This document shows, piece after piece, positions 18,363 to 27,747 of a stretch of 64,000 nucleotides of DNA (position 1 is its first letter; each line of letters starts with the position of its first letter). The stretch is from the sequence record NC_061441.1. One strand, written 5' to 3'. Under the pieces are notes generated by a model that searched no databases, was not told the origin of the DNA, and saw only the letters and a program-made list of their open reading frames with translations. A program made the position numbers and the translations under genes.

Positions 18363-19889
18363 ATGAACATGAAAAAGATTAAACACACTTTCCGCCTGAC
18401 CGATTTGGTACACATCGCAAAACTTCCTGCAGGTATGTCCAAATTCCACGAAGGCTCGGATGCTATTGTTGTCGGCCGCAACGAAGATAGCGACCAATAT
18501 ATTCTGCACGTTAAAAACGTTGGTGAGCTTTCGTGGTACGAAGGTAAATCACTGACGTTGATCAGTCACAACAACGGCGAACTGCTTGACCAGTGGGAAG
18601 CAGGTGACTACGGTCGTGATAAGAAAAAGAAACGCAAGATCCCAAAAGAACTGCGTAACTTCACGGCTATCTTGCCTGTGACCTGCAACGCCGATTGTTC
18701 GTTCTGCCCTGAGAAAGAAATGGAGCAGAAAGCCAACCAGAAAGAATGGCAAGATGGTTTGATTGCAGAGATCAAACGCATGTACAAGAAAACGAAGTTC
18801 GACCACGTATCAATCAGCGGCGGCGAACCGACGTTGCGTACAAAGTTCCTGTTCGAAACGATCGACCGTATTCAGAAAGAAACGCCGATCAAGAAAGTCG
18901 GTCTGACTTCTAACGGTCAGTTCCTTGAGAAACCAAACAGTACGTTCGACTTCTTAGACCGTAACACTACGCCTGAGATGACCAGCAAGCTGTCGCATCT
19001 GAATATCAGTATGCACTCGTTCAACCGCGACCTTGCGAACAAGATCATGGGCGTGAACTACAAACAGACTCTGGAAGATTTAGTTCGCTTCCGCCGTCAG
19101 CTCGGCCGTGACGTTAGCTTCCACATTAACTTCGTGATCAATGACCAGACTGGTTCGATTACGGAAGAGTTCAAGAGGGCCGCAAACTTCATGCGCGCCA
19201 ATCCATTTATCGACGTTGTGTTCCGTGTTGATTACAACGACGTTGAACTGTCGAAAGCTCTGCGTGACTACGCTATGGAATATGAAGCGTGGCAGGAAGC
19301 AAGTCGCATCGCTGTGGCTACTCGCAAGAAGTGCAAAGTGAAAGAGCCTCGCGCACCTCACATTGTTCAGAAGTTTGATCGCTTCTTCGGCGGCCAGAAT
19401 CTCGATGACGTTGAAAGCGCTTGGACTACAGGTTGCCCGTCGTGCTTCACTCATGCGTCGAACCCTATCAATAACAGCCGCGCATATCTGAAAGCGTCTT
19501 CCTACGAACCTAATGAAGACGAAGCGGAGTACACTGAGCTGGTGTATCACATGGACGGTGCTCTGTATTGGGACTGGACTCGTAATGACCCTGTACCAGC
19601 TCCGCGTAGCAAGCGTTTTGACTTCGAGATGAAAGAAGAAGAAGACAAGGCGTGGGAACATGGTTCTGTGGCCGAAGCGATTAACGCGAATCGCTGTTCA
19701 TTTGGACCTGCTGCACCGCATCACTGCTCTTACGATTCTACTGGCACAACGGTCGCACCGAAAGCTGCGAAGAAACCTAAGAAAGTGACACCCGCCAAGA
19801 AAACGAAGAAGGTGGGTGGAAAAGTTTCGAGCGTTCCTGGTGCTGCTCCTGGTGTTTGTGGCTACGGCAATAGTCGTTGTGGCTATTAA
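18363..19889 (+). CDS. Radical SAM enzyme with N- and C-terminal extensions
   Basis: CNADCSFC (CxxxCxxC), SISGGEPT, LTSNG, LNISMHS; later CPSC; Lys-rich and Cys-aromatic tail. Confidence 0.92.
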   Translation: MNMKKIKHTFRLTDLVHIAKLPAGMSKFHEGSDAIVVGRNEDSDQYILHVKNVGELSWYEGKSLTLISHNNGELLDQWEAGDYGRDKKKKRKIPKELRNFTAILPVTCNADCSFCPEKEMEQKANQKEWQDGLIAEIKRMYKKTKFDHVSISGGEPTLRTKFLFETIDRIQKETPIKKVGLTSNGQFLEKPNSTFDFLDRNTTPEMTSKLSHLNISMHSFNRDLANKIMGVNYKQTLEDLVRFRRQLGRDVSFHINFVINDQTGSITEEFKRAANFMRANPFIDVVFRVDYNDVELSKALRDYAMEYEAWQEASRIAVATRKKCKVKEPRAPHIVQKFDRFFGGQNLDDVESAWTTGCPSCFTHASNPINNSRAYLKASSYEPNEDEAEYTELVYHMDGALYWDWTRNDPVPAPRSKRFDFEMKEEEDKAWEHGSVAEAINANRCSFGPAAPHHCSYDSTGTTVAPKAAKKPKKVTPAKKTKKVGGKVSSVPGAAPGVCGYGNSRCGY

Positions 19890-19901
19890 GAGGAAAATGA
19901 A

Positions 19902-20264
19902 ATGAATGAACGTCGCAACTATTACTATGACAGTCCGTTCTACTACGGACTGATCACTTGGCGTAAACGCCTATTCATCGTCGTGGCCTTCTTTGTCTTC
20001 ATCGTGATGTTCCATGCAGACAAGCCGCACGTATCAAACCATCAGTGGGTGTGGACAGCAATCATCTTCGGCCTGTTGTTCGCTCTCTGTTATATCAAGC
20101 TGCGTGTGTACGAAACGTATTTGCTTGAAGCAATGGGTCCGCTGGACAACAACACCATTATCGGTAGTTTGTCGTTTGATCGTCTTGAACGCCAGCATGA
20201 AGTCTGGTACGAAAAGAAGTTTGGTCACAAGCCACCTAAGACTAACACATGGAGCATCGACTAA
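19902..20264 (+). CDS. Two-TM membrane protein
   Basis: Hydrophobic LFIVVAFFVFIVMF and WTAIIFGLLFALCYI; GAGG SD. Confidence 0.75.
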   Translation: MNERRNYYYDSPFYYGLITWRKRLFIVVAFFVFIVMFHADKPHVSNHQWVWTAIIFGLLFALCYIKLRVYETYLLEAMGPLDNNTIIGSLSFDRLERQHEVWYEKKFGHKPPKTNTWSID

Positions 20265-20641
20265 TGGCACTCATGTTTACTGAACGGCATCGCAAGCAGT
20301 TCGGCCGCGATAGCAGTGACCCGCAGTATCATGGCGATGCGTGTGAAGCTGTTTATAATCACGGCATGGAATTGTTGCGTGAGCATAAGCGTCTGACGTT
20401 GCTCATTGGTGCGAAGCGTAGAACACGCATGGGATGTAAAGCGCCTCTGACTAAACGTTCACGCAAACAGTGGATTGAAGATAAGACACTGGCGAACGAA
20501 GACACTCGACCGATTGCTGTACTGATTGCTCGCTTTAAAGAAGTGGCTGTGCTGTTAAAGCTGGCGCGAATGAACTATACCGACCTGCATACTCGTCGTC
20601 ACGGCTTTACTCGTCCTAGCTACTTCCACTGGAGAGACTAA
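20264..20641 (+). CDS. Hypothetical protein
   Basis: TAATG coupling. Confidence 0.7.
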   Translation: MALMFTERHRKQFGRDSSDPQYHGDACEAVYNHGMELLREHKRLTLLIGAKRRTRMGCKAPLTKRSRKQWIEDKTLANEDTRPIAVLIARFKEVAVLLKLARMNYTDLHTRRHGFTRPSYFHWRD

Positions 20642-20642
20642 C

Positions 20643-21215
20643 ATGGAAAAGAAATTCTGCAAACTGGCACACATCGGTGCTGACGTGATTATGCCTGCTA
20701 TCCTGTACGCATTGAACGAAAAGATGCAGGCAGGCGTCAAAGTAGATCTGGCCGAAGCGTATACGTTGTTGAACGATACACAGGCTGTGTATCTTACGCT
20801 GGCAAGCGGTCAGCCTGATCGCTATTACGATCAACTCACGCCAACCATTCGAGCGCTTCTGGAGAAGTATGAAATACAATGGGCCCTCGACCGAGACACG
20901 TTGACTAAATACTGTCAATCGTATATGGAGAGCAAAGGCTTCACTCCTGTTGAAGACGGTGTGTACTCATATCCAGAAGTTGTTGCGTATAACAATTACG
21001 ACCGCGTGTTCCTACGTTCGTTGATTGGTGTTGCAGACTACAATCTGCTGGAAGCTGCAATCCAGGAAGAGATGGACGTTGTGTCCGAGATGGACGAGAT
21101 TGATAAGAAACTCGACCGTGTAGAAGATGGCTGTTGTTCTGAATGCGGCAAAGAACTTGAACCCGATATTGAAGGTCCGTTCATGTGCCTAGAATGTGAC
21201 GATGACGGAGAATAA
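20643..21215 (+). CDS. Hypothetical protein with C-terminal zinc ribbon
   Basis: CSECGKEL...FMCLEC; GGAGA SD. Confidence 0.8.
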   Translation: MEKKFCKLAHIGADVIMPAILYALNEKMQAGVKVDLAEAYTLLNDTQAVYLTLASGQPDRYYDQLTPTIRALLEKYEIQWALDRDTLTKYCQSYMESKGFTPVEDGVYSYPEVVAYNNYDRVFLRSLIGVADYNLLEAAIQEEMDVVSEMDEIDKKLDRVEDGCCSECGKELEPDIEGPFMCLECDDDGE

Positions 21216-21217
21216 AA

Positions 21218-21481
21218 ATGGCTGTAGGCTTTGTAAAAGATGATGGCGTTAATGACACCATCGAAGCTAACCTGAATAACGAGATTGATCGCGCCCGTGC
21301 TGAACTGCTAGGCAAAGGCACCACGCACTGCATCAACCCTGACTGTGGCGCAGAGATTCCACTGATGCGCCGTGTCGCTATGCCGAATGCTCGTTACTGT
21401 GTGGCCTGTCAATCAAGCCACGATGGTTCGGCTGTTAGCCACTACAATCGTCGCGGTTCAAAAGATTCTCAACTGAGGTAG
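21218..21481 (+). CDS. TraR/DksA C4-type zinc-finger protein
   Basis: HCINPDCGAEIPLMRRVAMPNARYCVACQ matches the DksA/TraR signature C..CG..IP..R..A.P....C..CQ. Confidence 0.9.
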   Translation: MAVGFVKDDGVNDTIEANLNNEIDRARAELLGKGTTHCINPDCGAEIPLMRRVAMPNARYCVACQSSHDGSAVSHYNRRGSKDSQLR

Positions 21482-21483
21482 TT

Positions 21484-21708
21484 ATGAATATTAAAGCTAA
21501 CCCTGAAGTGACATACATGCTTGAAGGCTTCTTCCCTGATAGAAACATCTGGGTGATCATTCATTCAGATCTTAAAGAAAAGGTTGATATCTCTGAGTTG
21601 TTAGATCAGTTGAAGATTGACCCGAAGTGTCCACGTAGTCCTGCCACTGCGTTTCGTATGGTGCAGGTAACACGCGACGTTGTTCAATTCATGGAGGTTG
21701 TTAAATGA
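21484..21708 (+). CDS. Hypothetical protein
   Basis: GAGG SD. Confidence 0.7.
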   Translation: MNIKANPEVTYMLEGFFPDRNIWVIIHSDLKEKVDISELLDQLKIDPKCPRSPATAFRMVQVTRDVVQFMEVVK

Positions 21709-21848
21709 ATGATGAAGAACGTAAAGAACCATACTCACGCTGTACTGACTGCCGTACGCCTCTAGCAGAGGATGAAGTGTACGGCGAGTGGGATGACCTG
21801 TGCGAGAATTGCTGTGCTGACCGTGAAGATGAAGGGGAGTCTACATAA
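21705..21848 (+). CDS. 47-aa acidic zinc-finger miniprotein (not in ORF track)
   Basis: GGAGG SD; MNDEERKEPYSRCTDCRTPLAEDEVYGEWDDLCENCCADREDEGEST*; coupled on both sides. Confidence 0.75.
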   Translation: MNDEERKEPYSRCTDCRTPLAEDEVYGEWDDLCENCCADREDEGEST

Positions 21849-22165
21849 TGCTGCGTAAACTTTGGGTAGCTTTGGGATTCAAATTCCCTACTGTGGCCGA
21901 CGCCATGCGTAAGCGTCAGGCCTGCACACGCGTTGGCTATAAGAGCTACTGCGTTATGAATCGTGCTGGATTCGCAGAAGCATTTACTCACCACCTGCAT
22001 GAGTATCGTGATTCCAGCCCTTCGCTGGCTGTGCTCAATAAACACAAGCATGAAGAAGTAGCGGCCAAGGCACAGCGTATGGACTATCCGTGCGTTGTTG
22101 TTTTTGCTGACGATGGCTTCTCTGCAATTGCAATTGATGCGCCTACCATGGAGCGCCACGTATGA
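21848..22165 (+). CDS. Hypothetical protein
   Basis: GGGGAG SD; TAATG coupling. Confidence 0.7.
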   Translation: MLRKLWVALGFKFPTVADAMRKRQACTRVGYKSYCVMNRAGFAEAFTHHLHEYRDSSPSLAVLNKHKHEEVAAKAQRMDYPCVVVFADDGFSAIAIDAPTMERHV

Positions 22166-22515
22166 AACTCAAAAACACACCACGCTGGCTGTGGCTGTAC
22201 GTTAAACAACTCTACTTAATGTGTCTGTTGCTTAAGGATGAATATGACCTTATCCGACTGGAGCATGAGTCAGAAGTTCTTGACGCTCTGCAAAGATTGA
22301 CCGAACGGGACATGGCTAATAGCACAGATATAGGTGTACGCGTTCTGTTGTTCTTTAAGGAACACAAGAAACCACGTAGCGCAAAATATAACCTGCCTTA
22401 CTTGTGGCCTAAGCGCGACCTAATTCGTTTGTTCAACCAGAATGGTGTTGCAGTAGGCCCCGTGCCGAACTACTTTGTAGCACTCCATCAACTCGTCGAT
22501 AAGGGCTTCAAGTGA
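22162..22515 (+). CDS. Hypothetical protein
   Basis: ATGA overlap. Confidence 0.7.
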   Translation: MKLKNTPRWLWLYVKQLYLMCLLLKDEYDLIRLEHESEVLDALQRLTERDMANSTDIGVRVLLFFKEHKKPRSAKYNLPYLWPKRDLIRLFNQNGVAVGPVPNYFVALHQLVDKGFK

Positions 22516-22850
22516 TGAAGACAGTAATCTGTTCTGTAAATGCTGTACACGGTAAACGTGTGCTGCCAATCTTCTTTCAAGAGGAAGAAGAAAAGTTTTA
22601 TATAGGCAGTGACTTCTGGAAAAGTCTGAACCTGCGCGACGACCTGTTCATTGAACCCCAAACAGAGCAAGTCCTCCACAATGACGAGCGCGTGAATCGT
22701 ACCGAGTTCATTCGTGTCTCTACCGTGCGTGATGTTATTCATGCGCTGCATCGTTGTCGCAATTATATCCGCTACTTTGAGTATATCTCCGACGAGGAAA
22801 TTGACAGCCTCGCCGAAGCACTCGAACATTGGGAAAAACCAGAGGACTAA
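22512..22850 (+). CDS. Hypothetical protein
   Basis: GTGA overlap. Confidence 0.7.
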   Translation: MMKTVICSVNAVHGKRVLPIFFQEEEEKFYIGSDFWKSLNLRDDLFIEPQTEQVLHNDERVNRTEFIRVSTVRDVIHALHRCRNYIRYFEYISDEEIDSLAEALEHWEKPED

Positions 22851-22852
22851 CC

Positions 22853-23476
22853 ATGAACACCACAATTCAATTTCTCATGGATGAGAACGAGATAGAAGAT
22901 GCACTCACCTCGTATCACACTGACCCTACCGATGAAAATAAACGCCGTGTGATTGAAACGATTTTGAGTGAGTCTAAACACGCACCAAAACCAGACATTG
23001 AACCTGAGGCGCATCGCATTATATTTGTGCCGTCCGTAACTACACTTAGAAGTGAGCCTGCTGTTACGCAATATGCTTCTTTCAGCGGTGAGATTGACAA
23101 GATGCTTATGGCCACTGCTAAATTGGCTAAGCGCGTTGTAGACAAAATTCATGAAGCAGGTAGTTCCGCTGTGTTTGTTCGCTTCGATCCAGAAGAATGG
23201 TATTCTTATCGCATTCCTATTCTTTGGGGATTCTACGATCTGGCGTTAGAAGCGAAAACGCTGGACGGGATTGATTCATCCATGCGCGACCTCATGCGCA
23301 AGGTAGGCAATCTGCCTTTCGATGAAGATGTTGAAGACTTCTACGGAAGAATAAATCGTTATGTGACTGAGGGGGAGCATGAAGGCTGTCTGCGCTCCAT
23401 CACTCAAATGGTGGACACTAAGTTCACGCGCAACTTACCTCAAACCGAAACCGAAGAAGAAGGTGAAGAAGAATGA
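22853..23476 (+). CDS. Hypothetical protein
   Basis: GAGGA SD before ATG 22853. Confidence 0.8.
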   Translation: MNTTIQFLMDENEIEDALTSYHTDPTDENKRRVIETILSESKHAPKPDIEPEAHRIIFVPSVTTLRSEPAVTQYASFSGEIDKMLMATAKLAKRVVDKIHEAGSSAVFVRFDPEEWYSYRIPILWGFYDLALEAKTLDGIDSSMRDLMRKVGNLPFDEDVEDFYGRINRYVTEGEHEGCLRSITQMVDTKFTRNLPQTETEEEGEEE

Positions 23477-23844
23477 TTAGACAAATGCCTAGGCAGATCT
23501 CGACCAAAGACTTTAGCTACTCTATTGATGGCTTTGCGGCAAAAGTCAATCTCGAAAACTACACGGCAATCGTTCGTGGTAAGTGGCGTTTGCTTCGTGG
23601 TACAGACACAAGCGGTAACTTCACGATCGTACTCATCGGTCCGTATGCAGTGTCGCCTGACCTGACGGGTTATCAGATTCTCGTTGCTGCTGGTTATCAG
23701 CCTGTTGACGCAATGCAAGCGCTTGGTCTTGACCACAATCACCTGCGCACCATGCAGAAAGAACACCGTAAGCGCGTAGCTCAATCGAAAGCAGCACCGC
23801 GCCGGGGCAACACTAATTCACTCGACGATCTCCAGGGGAAGTAA
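23473..23844 (+). CDS. Hypothetical protein
   Basis: ATGA overlap. Confidence 0.75.
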   Translation: MIRQMPRQISTKDFSYSIDGFAAKVNLENYTAIVRGKWRLLRGTDTSGNFTIVLIGPYAVSPDLTGYQILVAAGYQPVDAMQALGLDHNHLRTMQKEHRKRVAQSKAAPRRGNTNSLDDLQGK

Positions 23845-23845
23845 C

Positions 23846-24589
23846 ATGAAACAGTTATTCGTAGGCAGTCACCCAAACACCGTTCGCTTTTCTGACCTCG
23901 ACGGTCGTGACCGTATCTGTGAGATTCGTGCCATGATCGCTGACGCGTATCGCATGTTGCGTGATTCTATTGGTGAACAGGCGAAGAACGAAACGAATAC
24001 TTTCCACGGTCCGTGGCTTGTGTTTCGTAATCTCATGAACGATCACCCTGCTGCCTGTCTGGAAGAGTTCCGCCACGCCTCTATCTACTTCGATGCAGAT
24101 ACCGAAGGTAAGGTGACTGAGATTGCTGACCTGATTGAACAGCACATCGAACTGACTCGCCAATCGATCTGTTTGAAAGGCGCTAATCAACATCAGGCCG
24201 ATGCAATGATTGGCATTGCAAGCACTGGTGGACGAATCGAAACGACTGTTATGCAGGGTCTGGGCAAAACACGCCAGAACAACCCGCACCGCACTTTAGC
24301 AGAAGACCTGCGTAAGTACCTCAACACGTTCAAAGATCATGATGGTACCTTTGAATTGTGTACGTTGTTGACTAAGCTCTACGGTAAACCGTCGTTCGAC
24401 ACGTATGCTGATAGTACGGTAGATGAGATGTTTGACGAAACGTGTCAGGCAATTCAAAGTGCGAATGAGCCTATCGACCAGGTATATGATATGGTGTGTC
24501 GTGCAATCCTTTCGTTCGGTCTGCCTGCTATGCCCGCAGACAGTGATGGCCAGGCGGCTGATGATGAAAACTTTGCTCTCCGCGGTTAA
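23846..24589 (+). CDS. Hypothetical protein
   Basis: GGGGA SD. Confidence 0.8.
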   Translation: MKQLFVGSHPNTVRFSDLDGRDRICEIRAMIADAYRMLRDSIGEQAKNETNTFHGPWLVFRNLMNDHPAACLEEFRHASIYFDADTEGKVTEIADLIEQHIELTRQSICLKGANQHQADAMIGIASTGGRIETTVMQGLGKTRQNNPHRTLAEDLRKYLNTFKDHDGTFELCTLLTKLYGKPSFDTYADSTVDEMFDETCQAIQSANEPIDQVYDMVCRAILSFGLPAMPADSDGQAADDENFALRG

Positions 24590-24767
24590 AATCTATTGGC
24601 GTGAAGCGATGATACTGGCTGTGCTTGTGGTCATCGCTGTCGCTCTCCCTTTCTTAGAAGTGCGCAACCCAGTTCTGGTGATGCTTGTTGCTGTCATCGT
24701 TGCTGCGTACTTCATTGCTACTTGGGCATGTAAGCCTGTATACGGATCAGACGATGAAAAAGAATGA
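24561..24767 (+). CDS. Small two-TM membrane protein
   Basis: ILAVLVVIAVALPFL and VLVMLVAVIVAAYFIATW. Confidence 0.65.
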   Translation: MMKTLLSAVKIYWREAMILAVLVVIAVALPFLEVRNPVLVMLVAVIVAAYFIATWACKPVYGSDDEKE

Positions 24768-25305
24768 AATCAAACTGAGTGCCGCAGACATTGCAGCAGG
24801 TATCATCTGCATTAACGAAGCTCTGGCCAAACACGGCCTGTCGTGTGCAGAAGGTGATGTTGGTTACGAAACAGTGTACACCGATGATCACGGTGAAACA
24901 CAGGGAGGCTGGTACGCCGAGTTCGATAAGAAGTCCCGCGACAAGCTGCGTGAATCAAAACAGGTGTCATGGCGTAATTGCGGTATGCTTAGTGGCGACA
25001 CGATTGATAGCATTCTACGCACAATCGACAGTCTCAAGTTCCGCAACCATGCTAAAGAGCCTACGCCGTTGCAGTTGAAAATGGCGGAGAATGTTAAGAG
25101 CAAGGTCGAAGCAACTAAGGCAGCGCTTGAAGTGTACAACTCGGCAGCGCCTCTTTCTGACTCTGACCTGCGTTTGTGTATCGAGCACTTCCGTACTCTG
25201 GATAAAGCTGTGCAGGCAGACCCGATGCTTGCTCTGTGTAAGCTACATGTAACACTCAATCTCGAAACACTCTTAGGCTACAAAGAAGCACGTAAGCGTA
25301 AGTAA
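24754..25305 (+). CDS. Hypothetical protein
   Basis: ORF from ATG 24754. Confidence 0.75.
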   Translation: MKKNEIKLSAADIAAGIICINEALAKHGLSCAEGDVGYETVYTDDHGETQGGWYAEFDKKSRDKLRESKQVSWRNCGMLSGDTIDSILRTIDSLKFRNHAKEPTPLQLKMAENVKSKVEATKAALEVYNSAAPLSDSDLRLCIEHFRTLDKAVQADPMLALCKLHVTLNLETLLGYKEARKRK

Positions 25306-25360
25306 CCAATCAGGGAGGTCCTTAGCGGGATCTCCCTATGTCATTTCTGGAGCATTTCTC

Positions 25361-26341
25361 ATGCGTTTTGGTTTCGCCTGCAAATTGCTTGACGCAAACA
25401 ACAAACAACCATTCACGAATAAGAGCCTTAGCTATAAACATTTCTCTGCGCTGTCTGCTACTGACCAACATGCAAAACTTCTGGACGTTGTTACGCACAA
25501 CCTGACTTCGTTGCTCAACATGATTAAACACGTTGGCCGACTGCGTACAGACCTACGTATGTTTCGAATCACCAGTGAGTTGCTTCCACTCTACACTCAC
25601 CCTAAAGTGTTTCACATGTACATGCGCCATGACGTTGTTACTCTTACTGAGTCGCTACTCGCCTTGTGTGGTGAAGCGGCTCGACGCCATGACGTGCGAT
25701 TATCATTTCACCCAGGTCAGTTCACGGTACTCGCATCTGACCGACCTGATGTTGTCCAGAACTCAATAGCCGAACTTGAGTACCATGCGTACTGTGCATA
25801 TCACATGGGATATGGTCGCCGCTTCCAAGACTTCAAAATCAATATTCACCTTAGCGGTAGACTTGGTGCTTCTGGTTTCAGACAAGCGCATTCGAAACTT
25901 TCTGATCGCTGCCGAAACATGTTGACCGTAGAGAACGACGAAATCACTTCCAGCCTCGAAGATGTTTTGTGTCTGGCAGACATATGCCCGATTGTCCTCG
26001 ACATTCATCATCACTGGGTAATGACCAACGAATACATACAACCGACCGACGATCGTGTTCAGCGTGTCATTGATTCTTGGCGCGGCGTAAGACCAGTAGC
26101 GCATTACTCTGTGTCGAAGCCTGAGTTCGTACCGTCGCGCGGACTCCCTGATCAGAACAAGCTGTCCGCTAATCGAATGCAGTTACGTGCTCATGCTGAT
26201 TACTACCACAACGAAGACGTAAACGAGTGGGCCACTAGTTTCACTGATTTTGACCTTATGTGTGAGTCAAAAGCGAAAAATAGGGCTAGACTGAAACTGG
26301 CGTGTTTTAGCGTCAACTCTGCAAATAATTGGACAAAATGA
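25361..26341 (+). CDS. uvsE: UV-damage endonuclease UvsE/UvdE
   Basis: MRFGFAC, FRITSELLP, RLSFHPGQFTVLAS, INIH, LTVENDE, VLDIHHHW, AHADY, MCESKAK motifs. Confidence 0.95.
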   Translation: MRFGFACKLLDANNKQPFTNKSLSYKHFSALSATDQHAKLLDVVTHNLTSLLNMIKHVGRLRTDLRMFRITSELLPLYTHPKVFHMYMRHDVVTLTESLLALCGEAARRHDVRLSFHPGQFTVLASDRPDVVQNSIAELEYHAYCAYHMGYGRRFQDFKINIHLSGRLGASGFRQAHSKLSDRCRNMLTVENDEITSSLEDVLCLADICPIVLDIHHHWVMTNEYIQPTDDRVQRVIDSWRGVRPVAHYSVSKPEFVPSRGLPDQNKLSANRMQLRAHADYYHNEDVNEWATSFTDFDLMCESKAKNRARLKLACFSVNSANNWTK

Positions 26342-26374
26342 GGCTTGTTTACGAAGGTAGCCCTGTGATACACT
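26315..26374 (+). promoter_or_regulatory. Promoter cassette copy 5
   Basis: AACTCTGCAAATAATTGGACAAAAT; TG-A-TACACT at 26366-26374. Confidence 0.8.
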
Positions 26375-26426
26375 AGATATGAGCGTTATCGCTCGTATAA
26401 CTAGACTGACACAAGGAAATAAGACA

Positions 26427-26729
26427 ATGTTCAATACTACTACCATCGTAAAGAAATCTGGTGCTGCAAACGCTACCAATCATTCGTTCGGTATTACAGG
26501 TATCACGCCAACCAATCGCATCTCCTGCATCTGGCCTGGCGCTCTGGAAGTTCCGGCTGACATTAAACGTTGGTGCCGTGCTAACGAAATCATGAATGAC
26601 CTTGACGCTTACATGCGTGTTCGTTTTAAAGGTCGTCGTGCTGATATCCTGAACTTGGTTGCTCGTCATCTGGCGCCAAACAATCCTGAACTGGCTGTGC
26701 GTATTCTTGCAACTATCACTGAGGCCTAA
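26427..26729 (+). CDS. Hypothetical protein
   Basis: AAGGA SD before ATG 26427. Confidence 0.75.
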   Translation: MFNTTTIVKKSGAANATNHSFGITGITPTNRISCIWPGALEVPADIKRWCRANEIMNDLDAYMRVRFKGRRADILNLVARHLAPNNPELAVRILATITEA

Positions 26730-26730
26730 A

Positions 26731-26994
26731 ATGAAAGTCCAATCTATGGAAGCTGTTTACGGTGCTACAAACACCAACACTCCGCTTGTGGAGAAACGCG
26801 GCTTTCGTTCTGTCGAATCGAAGTACGTCGATGGAACGGAGGTTAGATTACAACGGTTGTCGCATGACATACATGAACGTCAGGTGGTGGGCTACGATCA
26901 ATTTGGTCGGGCAGTGTACGGAACATATGTACCACCATCTACGTTCGAAGTGCGTGACAGCAAGGAAAGCGAACCGAATAAGACGGCGCCCTAG
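26731..26994 (+). CDS. Hypothetical protein
   Basis: GAGG SD. Confidence 0.7.
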   Translation: MKVQSMEAVYGATNTNTPLVEKRGFRSVESKYVDGTEVRLQRLSHDIHERQVVGYDQFGRAVYGTYVPPSTFEVRDSKESEPNKTAP

Positions 26995-27067
26995 CAAGCT
27001 CACAACCAGAAGCCATAGAATAACAAACAATAAATTCATGCGCTGACCTATCGTGGGGTGTCTTAAA

Positions 27068-27445
27068 ATGATCGTTATATGTAATAGCTCGAAAGAATTT
27101 TCAGCCGACCGTTTGGCTCATGGCGACGCATTTGTTTTTGGGAAGACTCGCATGTTGTTACGTGCGGACTTCATCGTCCTGACAGACAAAAACAATGCGG
27201 TATTCGTAATACGCAAATCTGATGTTGTTTGGTCTCCCGAGCTTACGGGCGCAACGCATGTGATTAAAATCCGGGCGTATGCCCAGGTTAGGCCGTTTGA
27301 ACTCAACGCAGCATGTCCGCAGTTTAACAGTCGTGTGTTCGGAACAATCGCGTTTCGTAACCCACACTTTGAGCACCGTCTTGGTAGCTTGAAATATGTA
27401 GAGACAATCTTCGGAGGTTTACATGGCACGGTATCATGTGTTTAG
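27068..27445 (+). CDS. Hypothetical protein
   Basis: GGGG SD. Confidence 0.6.
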   Translation: MIVICNSSKEFSADRLAHGDAFVFGKTRMLLRADFIVLTDKNNAVFVIRKSDVVWSPELTGATHVIKIRAYAQVRPFELNAACPQFNSRVFGTIAFRNPHFEHRLGSLKYVETIFGGLHGTVSCV

Positions 27446-27674
27446 TGCGACTCATAAATACTACGGTGAAGCATACGAAGGGACTTGGCTCAAAGAGATA
27501 ACTCTTAACGGGCACCAAGTCCTCAACGCAGAGTTCCCTAACTTCGAGGCCGCGAAAGAATGCGCCGACAAGTTGCATGAGGTTTGCGATATTGGGTGGA
27601 TCGTGTATAACGCTTTTTCTGAACGCGCTATGTACGATACCCGCACGGTACAAGGCGAGTCTGTAAAGAACTAA
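27423..27674 (+). CDS. Hypothetical protein
   Basis: GGAGG SD. Confidence 0.7.
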   Translation: MARYHVFSATHKYYGEAYEGTWLKEITLNGHQVLNAEFPNFEAAKECADKLHEVCDIGWIVYNAFSERAMYDTRTVQGESVKN

Positions 27675-27747
27675 CAGGCCCGCCAGTTATCCCTAAACGT
27701 GATGCTCACGGGCGTCACACAAATTTTTCACAATACGAGGCTATAAA

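Noticed and set aside
18363-19889. Viperin, NrdG, QueE or MoaA assignment for the radical SAM
   Set aside because: Subfamily-specific motifs are not recognisable; no nrdD or queuosine-pathway neighbours in the window.
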